Below are positions 9,122 to 16,150 of a stretch of 64,000 nt of DNA, piece by piece; position 1 is the first letter of the stretch, and the number at the start of each line of letters is the position of its first letter. The notes beneath the pieces were generated by a model that did not search any database, had not been told where the DNA came from, and worked only from the letters and a program-made list of their open reading frames with translations. The DNA is from a virus: positions 1-64,000 of IMG/VR virus record IMGVR_UViG_3300047546_001733. The stretch is one strand, 5' to 3'. The translations under genes and the position numbers were made by a program.

Positions 9122-9313
9122 CTAGGCTTGCCGGAGGAGCTTGTGAAGTTCGTGTTCACAGCGGTGGATAGCGTCGATAGTCGGACCCGTTTCCCCACAG
9201 CACGGACACAGGAAAGGAAGGAGAAGGTCAAGCTTGCGGATTTCACGCTTTAGGGCGATGATGAGTAGGCGACGCTTCAGTGCCTTTTGTTGCTTGACGG
9301 TCTTCTTGTGCAT
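9122..9313 (-). CDS. basic CPCC microprotein (paralog of 12443..12622)
   Basis: Own TTGACA-17-TACAAT promoter; shared KK..KQ..AL..RL..I.LKR.I...CPCC. Confidence 0.8.
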   Translation of the reverse strand: MHKKTVKQQKALKRRLLIIALKREIRKLDLLLPFLCPCCGETGPTIDAIHRCEHELHKLLRQA

Positions 9314-9476
9314 AGTAAACCCCCTTCATCTAACTTGATAATTTATTGTATCACGAACGGAGCAGTTTGTCAATAGGCAATTTATTGTTTACAGCCCACC
9401 TAAAAGGTGTAAAGTGTTTCGCGGGGGAGGGGGACCCCCTACCCCCTACTGTAAAGTGTTTACAGCAGGGTTGTGC

Positions 9477-9644
9477 CTACAGATTGGGGATATGCTTGAT
9501 GTTGTCAACACAGCCCAACAACACGCCGATGATGAAGCGGAAAACCGCAAAGACACCACGCACAGCCACAAAACACAGTTTTAACGTGAGCATGATAGGG
9601 AACATGAGAACGTCGGCTACGGCACGGGTTGCGTTACTCTGCAT
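9477..9644 (-). CDS. 55-aa hydrophobic protein (paralog of 13067..13237)
   Basis: MQSNATRAVADVLMFP...KHIPNL; AAGGAG RBS. Confidence 0.8.
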   Translation of the reverse strand: MQSNATRAVADVLMFPIMLTLKLCFVAVRGVFAVFRFIIGVLLGCVDNIKHIPNL

Positions 9645-9808
9645 TTGAGCACTCCTTGATTAACTTGATTACATCCTATTTTAGCACGGTTATAAAGGAA
9701 TTGCAATAGACTTTTATGAAAATTAGATGAGAGAAAATATTTAACACGGTGTAAACAGTTTAGGGGGTAGGGGGTGCCCCACTGTAAACACTTTACAGTG
9801 GGAGTCGA

Positions 9809-10015
9809 TTACGGGTTGAAGCGGATGCGCTTGTAGCCCGTGATGGTGAAGCCCTTCGACAACAAATCCCGCAACAGGAATTGCCCACGAGCGTCTGCCT
9901 CTTCCCGAGTCTTGAATGCGGCAGTCGTGATGCTGGTGCGCTCGCCGTTGAAAACAAACGACACTTTCACACCAAACATACCTACACCGTGAACACGATT
10001 CGCATATACCATCAT
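9809..10015 (-). CDS. hypothetical protein
   Basis: AAGGAG RBS; TGGTATAAT promoter. Confidence 0.75.
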   Translation of the reverse strand: MMVYANRVHGVGMFGVKVSFVFNGERTSITTAAFKTREEADARGQFLLRDLLSKGFTITGYKRIRFNP

Positions 10016-10160
10016 AAAAACTCTCCTTAACTTCTCTTACATACGTATTATACCACGGATAAGGGAAAACTTTTATGAGAACTAGATGAGAAATAATGCT
10101 TTACACCGTGTAAACAATTTAGGGGGGAGGGGGGACCCCATACCCCCTAGTGTAAAGTGT

Positions 10161-10313
10161 TTACTCCATCTTGGTAGCACAGTCAGGACAGAACAAGTAG
10201 GTTGCCTCACCTTGATGCTCGGGGTCATCTGGCAACAAATCAACCGCTACTAACTCATCAAGGTCGAAGAGTTTCTCACAGTAATGGCAAGGAGTCAAAG
10301 AATCAGCAGTCAT
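10161..10313 (-). CDS. 50-aa CxxC...CxxC microprotein
   Basis: MTADSLTPCHYC...FCPDCATKME; TTGACA-17-TACAAT promoter. Confidence 0.75.
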   Translation of the reverse strand: MTADSLTPCHYCEKLFDLDELVAVDLLPDDPEHQGEATYLFCPDCATKME

Positions 10314-10453
10314 TGGAAAATCCTTCTATCTAACTTGATAATTCATTGTATCATGAATTGGTACTGTTGTCAAGGGGTTTTTATGAGAATTACCTGATAT
10401 TTATCTGATAAATAATTATTTACAATCCACCTAAAAGGTGTAAAGTGTTTACA

Positions 10454-10648
10454 CTAGCGGAGTTTCATGCGGGAAGCGGACTCCATGCACAGCGCACAAC
10501 CGCACAAAATTTTGCTGACCAGCTTATGACGGCGAGCCTTGCGTTGTAACGCCACAAACTCCTCCCGAGTCATTTGCTCAAAGCCGTGCATGGTCAAAAA
10601 CACCTTAAAGATGGTGTCACGCACAAGACGCATTTTTAATTCTTCCAC
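10454..10648 (-). CDS. basic CxCxxC microprotein
   Basis: AAGGAG RBS, GTG start; TTGACA-17-TAAAAT promoter. Confidence 0.75.
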   Translation of the reverse strand: MEELKMRLVRDTIFKVFLTMHGFEQMTREEFVALQRKARRHKLVSKILCGCALCMESASRMKLR

Positions 10649-10919
10649 AAAAAACTCCTTACCACCAAAAATTCAATTACATCCTATTTTAGCACGTAAT
10701 CGGTGACTTGTCAATAGACTTTTATGAGAATTAGATGAGAAAAAATATTTGACAAGGTGTAAACAATTTAGGGGGTAGGGGGACCCCCTACCCCCTACTG
10801 TAAAGACTTTACAGCGGGGTGAGGATTAGTCACGCCATAGTAAGCAGATTACAAGCACAGCAAGCGGTTTTGAGATGATTACTAAGACCAAAAGCAGTTC
10901 GAGGCTCATTCGGAACTCC

Positions 10920-11150
10920 TTACAGCTCAACGAACTTGAATCCGCCCTCGTCAATCATTACCGCTTGCGAGTGAGTTGTGCCCCCGTCGGTTTCGAACTT
11001 GATGTCGAACACGCTACAGGTGGGGTCAGCGTGAAAAGAACCCCGCAATTCGTATTCAAGGTCTTCACGAAAACCGCCCACGTCGTCAATCTCACCTTGC
11101 AGGATGAACTCGAACTTTCCCTCACGGGTCACGGTTGCCTTCATGTACAT
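10920..11150 (-). CDS. acidic protein (paralog of 11309..11557)
   Basis: MKATVTREGKF...DIKFE vs MRAVVTKGGKF...DVRFE. Confidence 0.8.
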   Translation of the reverse strand: MYMKATVTREGKFEFILQGEIDDVGGFREDLEYELRGSFHADPTCSVFDIKFETDGGTTHSQAVMIDEGGFKFVEL

Positions 11151-11308
11151 AATGCGCCCTTTCTCTCGGCTACACAGTAATTATACCACAGATTTTTCAA
11201 TTTTAAAATGAGAATTACATGAGAAATAATTCTTTACAAGGTGTAAACAATTTAGGGGGTAGGGGGTCCCCCTACCCCCTAGTGTAAAGGGTTTACACTA
11301 GGAGACGG

Positions 11309-11557
11309 TTAGCGATGGAGAAACTCGACGTCGCCCCTACCTGCACCATGTACCACCGCTTTAAACTCGCTGACAAACGTACCAGTGGCGTCGGTGAACT
11401 CGAAGCGGACATCGACCAGACCGACCTCGCCACCTGTGGCAAAGGAAATCTCGTCCGCCAACGTTTGGGAGAACTCGGCGACATCTCCCTTAAACTCCTC
11501 GCAACGAACTTCAACGACAAATTTCCCGCCCTTGGTGACTACCGCACGCATACGCAT
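11309..11557 (-). CDS. acidic protein (paralog of 10920..11150)
   Basis: AAGGAG RBS; paralog similarity. Confidence 0.8.
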   Translation of the reverse strand: MRMRAVVTKGGKFVVEVRCEEFKGDVAEFSQTLADEISFATGGEVGLVDVRFEFTDATGTFVSEFKAVVHGAGRGDVEFLHR

Positions 11558-11570
11558 AATCTGGACTCCT

Positions 11571-11822
11571 TTATTTGATGTTTGCTTTTACGGAAAACTT
11601 CATTGAATCCATAGTTACTGAGATGACATGGTTTACATTTTTAATCACCAAATCAGTGTCGTTCACGTCATAGGCTGGTAACGCCATACCACCCAAGTAA
11701 ATCGGCTCGTCGGTCATACGCACTAAGAACAGCGTCGTATACGTAGTATTTTCTTTTGTTTCTAGCGTTACTCGCAAATCGTGAAAACTTGCCGAAAATG
11801 GAAATTGATACTGTACTCGCAT
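11571..11822 (-). CDS. hypothetical protein
   Basis: GGGAG RBS; TGGTATAAT promoter. Confidence 0.75.
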   Translation of the reverse strand: MRVQYQFPFSASFHDLRVTLETKENTTYTTLFLVRMTDEPIYLGGMALPAYDVNDTDLVIKNVNHVISVTMDSMKFSVKANIK

Positions 11823-11991
11823 AACACTCCCTTTCTGTCGGTTACATCTTATTATACCATGCTTTTTCGATTTTGAATATGAGAATTAGATAAGAGATAA
11901 TTCTTTACACAGTGTAAAGAGTTTTGCGGGGCGGGGGCACCCCCTACCCCCTAGTGTAAAGGGTTTACACCAGAAGATGAAACTCCTTACA

Positions 11992-12303
11992 CTATTCGCA
12001 CTCTGGTGTTGATTCCTCGATTGGCTCGAATTGCTCGATGGCTCTCATCATAGCACGCACCTGCTTGCGAATGATGCGCTTTGCGTGTTTCATAGCCTTT
12101 GAATGGTCGTGAATGTCGAACGGACGAACACGCTCACCAGCAAAGAAAATTGAAGAATCCTCCTCGATGATACCGTCCTTCTGGACGATGTCCACACGAA
12201 CCATGACCTTCTTTTCTTCGGGAATCTCGATGGCGACAACAATCGCCTCTTTCCAGCCACCAGCGAAGACCACAACGTGAGCGACGTGTTGCTCTTTTGG
12301 CAT
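11992..12303 (-). CDS. hypothetical protein
   Basis: AAGGAGG RBS; TGGTATAAT promoter. Confidence 0.8.
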   Translation of the reverse strand: MPKEQHVAHVVVFAGGWKEAIVVAIEIPEEKKVMVRVDIVQKDGIIEEDSSIFFAGERVRPFDIHDHSKAMKHAKRIIRKQVRAMMRAIEQFEPIEESTPECE

Positions 12304-12442
12304 ACCAGCCTCCTTACTAACCTTACACTAGAATTATACCACACTTTAGATTAAAATAGTATGAAAATTAGATGAGAAATAATTGTTTACACAGTGTAAA
12401 GCGTGGGGGTAGGGGGACCCCCTACCCCCTACTGTAAACCAT

Positions 12443-12622
12443 TTACAGTGAGAAGAAAAACTCACGACGCAGTTCCATCAAAAATTGATGCGCCTCGTCT
12501 GCTTCACAGCATGGGCAAGCCATCGAGAGCATAAACTCCGCCCGCTTAATTGCACGCTTTAACTGAATCAAGCGTAAACGCTTCCGCAGTGCGAGCATTT
12601 GCTTTTGTGACTTTTTCCGCAT
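12443..12622 (-). CDS. 59-aa basic CPCC microprotein (paralog of 9122..9313)
   Basis: Hand translation MRKKSQKQMLALRKRLRLIQLKRAIKR...ACPCCE; GGAGG RBS. Confidence 0.8.
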   Translation of the reverse strand: MRKKSQKQMLALRKRLRLIQLKRAIKRAEFMLSMACPCCEADEAHQFLMELRREFFFSL

Positions 12623-12651
12623 TTTAGCCTCCGTTAAATAATGGACACGTT

Positions 12652-12903
12652 TTACACCTGCACAATGTGCGCTTTAGATGTAACCGTATCACGAACAGCC
12701 ACGGAATGAACAGTACCGCCATGAGTAGACGTAACGAACACGTCCAAAGAATCCACCAACGGGAACATCGAGAACAGGAAGGAAGCCTCATCACGGACTA
12801 CTTCCATCAAGAAAACAAACTCGCCGAACGTGCACACATCTTGACCAAACTCGGCAAATGTCTTCTCACCACCAGCAAGGCGAACGGTCACAAAATCAGT
12901 CAT
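12652..12903 (-). CDS. hypothetical protein
   Basis: Likely start MTDF at 12903, downstream of the promoter at ~12936. Confidence 0.7.
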   Translation of the reverse strand: MTDFVTVRLAGGEKTFAEFGQDVCTFGEFVFLMEVVRDEASFLFSMFPLVDSLDVFVTSTHGGTVHSVAVRDTVTSKAHIVQV

Positions 12904-13066
12904 GGCAAGCCCTTTCTCTTGTCTTACAGGTAAATTATACCACAAATGAGCAACGTTGAACATGAGAATTAGATGAGAAACAATGTTTTACACGGTGTAA
13001 AGAATTTAGGGGGTAGGGGGTGCCCCACGCCCCCAGTGTAAAGACTTTACACTAGGGGTTTTGCGG

Positions 13067-13237
13067 TTACATCGACGGAATCACCTTGAGCAATTCCAAA
13101 CAGCTCAACACGACACCGACCAAGAAACGCAAGAGCGCACCGACCAAACGGACACACACGACCAAAACCTTACACACAAGCAAGAACGGAAACATGAGAA
13201 CGGCGGCGACCATGCGAGTTGCGTCAGACTTGTACAT
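13067..13237 (-). CDS. 56-aa hydrophobic protein (paralog of 9477..9644)
   Basis: MYKSDATRMVAAVLMFP...KVIPSM; GAGGAG RBS. Confidence 0.8.
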   Translation of the reverse strand: MYKSDATRMVAAVLMFPFLLVCKVLVVCVRLVGALLRFLVGVVLSCLELLKVIPSM

Positions 13238-13408
13238 GAAGTTATCTCTCCTCTTCTCGGTTACAGTTAATTATACCACGCTTTTTCGATTTTGAATATT
13301 AGAATTAGATGAGAGGTAATTATTTACACAGTGTAAAGAGTTCGGCGGGGCACCCCCTACCCCCTACTGTAAAGTGTTTACAGTAGATGAGCGTGAATTA
13401 CGCCCGCC

Positions 13409-13492
13409 TTACTTCCACATCAAATACACAATAACAGCAATAATGGGCTTGATGAGCAACAGCAGAACAATGCCAAAGGTTAGACCGAGCAT
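13409..13492 (-). CDS. 27-aa single-TM peptide (paralog of 8873..8956)
   Basis: MLGLTFGIVLLLLIKPIIAVIVYLMWK; GAGGT RBS. Confidence 0.75.
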   Translation of the reverse strand: MLGLTFGIVLLLLIKPIIAVIVYLMWK

Positions 13493-13640
13493 ACGCACCT
13501 CTTCTATTCGGTTACAGTTAATTATACCACGGCTTTTGAATTTTGAATATTAGAGAAAGATGATAGGTATCTGTTGAGCAATTCTTTACACGGTGTAAAG
13601 CGTTTAGGGGGTAGGGGGTCCCCCTGCCCCAAGTGTAAAT

Positions 13641-13667
13641 AATAAAACCCGCCGATTACTCGGCGAG
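13641..13667 (-). terminator. intrinsic terminator of RNA operon 1
   Basis: CTCGCCGA-GTAA-TCGGCGGG followed by TTTTATTATTT. Confidence 0.8.
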
Positions 13668-13678
13668 TGTAAATAGTT

Positions 13679-13779
13679 TGGGTCCCTACTCTGGATTCGA
13701 ACCAGCGTTCGCTCCGAGTGAGTATCTAGAATCAATCGGATTTACCGCACCCACGGAATTTATTAAGCGATGTTAGGGC
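13679..13779 (-). ncRNA. tRNA-like RNA copy D
   Basis: T-arm CUGG-UUCGAAU-CCAG, imperfect terminal stem, UCGCU/AGCGA helix, CCGUGGGUGCGG hairpin, UCCGA/UCGGA stem with UUCUAGA loop. Confidence 0.8.
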
Positions 13780-13785
13780 AAGTGT

Positions 13786-13885
13786 TGGTAAGAGGTGGAT
13801 TCGAACCACCATGACACTCTAATGAAGGGTCTAGAATCCATTAGATTTACCGCACCTACGGAATGGATTAAGTGTCGTTCAAACC
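13786..13885 (-). ncRNA. tRNA-like RNA copy C
   Basis: T-arm GGUGG-UUCGAAU-CCACC, GGUUUGA/UCUUACC-A acceptor-like stem, GACACU/AGUGUC helix, UCUAAUG/CAUUAGA stem with UUCUAGA loop. Confidence 0.85.
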
Positions 13886-13934
13886 GTAATTTAGGTTAGT
13901 TTTGGGAAAGACCATCACTCAACCTTATGTACTA

Positions 13935-13963
13935 AGTATACCACTGGCTAGATTTCTTGTCAA
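13935..13963 (-). promoter_or_regulatory. sigma70-type promoter of RNA operon 1
   Basis: TTGACA-17 bp-TATACT with TGG extension. Confidence 0.85.
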
Positions 13964-14222
13964 GGGGCAATTTGAATTTCAAAATGAGAATTAGATGAGA
14001 ATTGTTTTTTTCGTATCTGCATCTTTGCGGGCAGATGTGGTAGGGGGTAGGGGGTGCCCCTACCTGTACTGTATTTATTTTGATGTAATTTTTGTTTTTA
14101 AATTGAAATTTCAATTTTATTTTTTTTTCTTTTATATTTAAAACAAAGTTTGCACTCAGATAAAAACTGAGAATAAAAGTATTGTGGTCTCTCTGAAGTT
14201 AACCCCCCTCAGAGACTCAGGG

Positions 14223-14321
14223 ACCAAGTTAAGAGAGTGACTCTTCTGAGAGGGGTATTTCACCCTCACGTCGGTACGAAGTAGTGAGTCCGTGGACTAC
14301 TTACCGCTCTCTTAACTTGAT
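14223..14321 (-). ncRNA. putative ~99-nt structured RNA
   Basis: TTGACA-17-TACAAT promoter (14327-14355); 15-bp terminal helix AUCAAGUUAAGAGAG/CUCUCUUAACUUGGU enclosing two stem-loops; no RBS or ORF. Confidence 0.6.
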
Positions 14322-14480
14322 AATTCATTGTATCATGAATGAACAACCTTGTCAAGAGAGTTTTATGAGAATTAGATGAGTTTCTCTCATATGTTGGTGG
14401 GGCGGCGTGAGAATGACTCTATAACCGAGTGTAAAGAGTTTTAGGGGCGGGGGGACCCCCTACCCCCACACCAGTGTAAA

Positions 14481-14508
14481 TAATAAACCCGCCGGATTTA
14501 CCGACGGG
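14481..14508 (-). terminator. intrinsic terminator of RNA operon 2
   Basis: CCCGTCGG-TAAAT-CCGGCGGG followed by TTTATTATTT. Confidence 0.8.
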
Positions 14509-14519
14509 TGTAAATAGTT

Positions 14520-14625
14520 TGGTCTCTCCCAACAGGATTCGAACCTGCTTGCTGGTCTTACAGAGTATCTAGAATCCATAAGATTTACCGTACCCACGGA
14601 TTTGGTTTAACCAGCATTAGGAGGA
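14520..14625 (-). ncRNA. tRNA-like RNA copy B
   Basis: T-arm GCAGG-UUCGAAU-CCUGU, CUCCUA/UGGGAG stem, ends ACCA, UGCUGGU/ACCAGCA helix, UCUUAU/GUAAGA stem with UUCUAGA loop. Confidence 0.85.
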
Positions 14626-14630
14626 TGGTC

Positions 14631-14729
14631 TGGTCTGAGGTGGAATCGAACCACCGTTCCGGTCTTGTCAGAGTCTAGAATCCACAAGAGGTACCGCACC
14701 TACGGTATGTTTTAACCGGAGTTCAGTCC
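14631..14729 (-). ncRNA. tRNA-like RNA copy A
   Basis: T-arm GGUGG-UUCGAUU-CCACC, GGACUGA/UCAGACC-A stem, UCCGGU/ACCGGA helix, UCUUGU/ACAAGA stem with UUCUAGA loop. Confidence 0.85.
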
Positions 14730-14778
14730 ACAAATTAGGCAGTTAGCGGGGAAACCGTTCACTTAACCTTATGTACTA

Positions 14779-14807
14779 AGTATACCACGGTTAATGTGCT
14801 GTGTCAA
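14779..14807 (-). promoter_or_regulatory. sigma70-type promoter of RNA operon 2
   Basis: TTGACA-17 bp-TATACT; -10 and start region GTGGTATACTTAGTACATAAGGTT identical to operon 1. Confidence 0.85.
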
Positions 14808-15072
14808 GTGACTATTATGAGAATTACATGAGAATGGCGCGCGTTACATACAGTAATTATCCGCCCGCCACATACCTAAGTGCATTACCATAGGGGGTAG
14901 GGGGTACCCTCTTTATTCTTCTACCGCTTCCAGATGCTGTATATTGGCAAATATATATTAAGCCATTGTAATAAGTGCCTTTTTTTAGGGGGTAGGGGGT
15001 GTCCGCTGGTTGCGAACCGCGCTTCGTTATGTCGAGTGGGGTTTATGGCTTCCTAATGCGGTAAAATGCTTA

Positions 15073-15101
15073 TTGACATGTTCGATATAACACGTTATAC
15101 T
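15073..15101 (+). promoter_or_regulatory. sigma70-type promoter
   Basis: TTGACA-17 bp-TATACT. Confidence 0.8.
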
Positions 15102-15135
15102 GCATACATCGCACATAGAGAGGAGGTGAGCACGA

Positions 15136-15278
15136 TGGTTTGCGACATATGCGGGGAAAAAGTCACAGCAAACGAGATTGATGACAGGGTATCAACACCA
15201 TTTTTTACATGCTGTGATTTTTGCTCAAATTCTTGCGTAATGGTAGAACAAGATGACGACATGGGTGATGATGAGTAG
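15136..15278 (+). CDS. CxxC...CxxC acidic microprotein
   Basis: GAGGAGGTG RBS before ATG 15136 (MVCDICG...CCDFC). Confidence 0.75.
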
Positions 15279-15302
15279 TAGTAATGCAGAGGAGTGTGTA
15301 TC

Positions 15303-16022
15303 ATGGGTATTCTTGAATTCGTGGTAGTTTTGGCATTATCGTTGTTTGTGGCATTGAATGCCACGGCAAACACGCCAAAAGAGTACAAACCGGCATTGTT
15401 CACAGTGGTTTTCTTGTTGTGTATGTGTGTGTCGTCTTTCGTGGTGGTCATCATGTTAGAAAGTGAGTATATGATGGGTGGCATTCCGATTACCGGTGTG
15501 ATATTGCGTAACATGTGGCATGCATGTGTCTATGCTAGTGTAAGCGACGCCAATGGTGGTCTGTCGCATACAAGTGTAATGACCCGTCTCCTAATGAAAA
15601 ATGACATGTCCGAACTGCATACGCCATATGGCGTCCTTTGCGGTAAAGATGCGTTTAGGGGTGTAGAAAGCATTTTCGGTAAAAAGGATACTACGTCCAT
15701 AAAACGACTGTTATATGGGACAGAGATGGTAGAATGCAGTATCCACGGTTTACAACGGGGTGACTTTGGGCACGTCTTTCCACGTAGTTTAGGCGGTGTT
15801 ATGAGACTTGAGCATAAAAGTATGAATGGCTATTGGTTTGAATTGCAACAAGTGATGCCCCATAACAATGCCGACAATCTACGATTAGTCAATACTGTTC
15901 TTGAATGCTCTATCTGTAATCGCATAAAACGTGAACAAGTCTCACATGATGCGCAACTTTACCTATCTAATCTACCAATCGTCATCAACGGTAAGATATA
16001 CGAAGGTTTTAAGGTGTCATAG
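15303..16022 (+). CDS. HNH endonuclease-like protein with two N-terminal TM segments
   Basis: GHVFPRSLGG ... N ... LECSICNRIK HNH signature; GGAG RBS; hydrophobic N-terminus. Confidence 0.55.
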   Translation: MGILEFVVVLALSLFVALNATANTPKEYKPALFTVVFLLCMCVSSFVVVIMLESEYMMGGIPITGVILRNMWHACVYASVSDANGGLSHTSVMTRLLMKNDMSELHTPYGVLCGKDAFRGVESIFGKKDTTSIKRLLYGTEMVECSIHGLQRGDFGHVFPRSLGGVMRLEHKSMNGYWFELQQVMPHNNADNLRLVNTVLECSICNRIKREQVSHDAQLYLSNLPIVINGKIYEGFKVS

Positions 16023-16150
16023 ACGCAACACACACAAAACACGGTTTGCCCCCATGCGCAAGCATGGGGGCATAAAAATGCTCAAAAAGTATCTGTTGGC
16101 GACCATGCACAGACCCTTACAAATTTTTAAAAGGTACCCTTTGGTTTTAG

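Larger units (their letters stand above)
87..15005. repeat. Dispersed composite intergenic repeat (~27 copies) delimiting single-promoter gene cassettes
   Basis: Core GGGGGTAGGGGG(T/A)CCCCCTACCCCC is perfect at 4467, 9079, 10771, 11255, 12405. Variant or partial copies start at about 87, 1004, 2381, 3787, 5449, 6246, 6993, 7338, 7731, 8257, 8643, 9423, 9763, 10122, 11927, 13009, 13347, 13607, 14043, 14444, 14893, 14988. Usually preceded by ATGAGAATTAGATGAGA and, in the right half, flanked by TTTACA-N3-TGTAAA and TGTAAA-N3-TTTACA. Confidence 0.95.

Noticed and set aside
422-13295. Plus-strand ORFs in the array other than 3014..3714 (e.g. 422, 751, 2094, 9346, 10875, 11315, 12667, 13061)
   Set aside because: They are antisense shadows of minus-strand genes that have promoters and RBSs, or they run through repeats.
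13932-14114. 60-aa ORF
   Set aside because: Crosses the repeat, box and promoter; no RBS; low-complexity AT-rich start.
13679-14729. Ordinary or pseudo tRNA genes
   Set aside because: No D-arm after the acceptor and an extra enclosing helix; compensatory changes across four copies argue against decay.
87-15005. CRISPR array
   Set aside because: Units between repeats are ~100-1400 bp and contain promoters and ORFs; no cas operon is present. The Cas4-like gene at 60787 sits among replication genes, which is common in phages.
87-15005. Classical integron
   Set aside because: No tyrosine integrase in the window, no RYYYAAC/GTTRRRY cores, and cassettes carry their own promoters. Kept only as an analogy.
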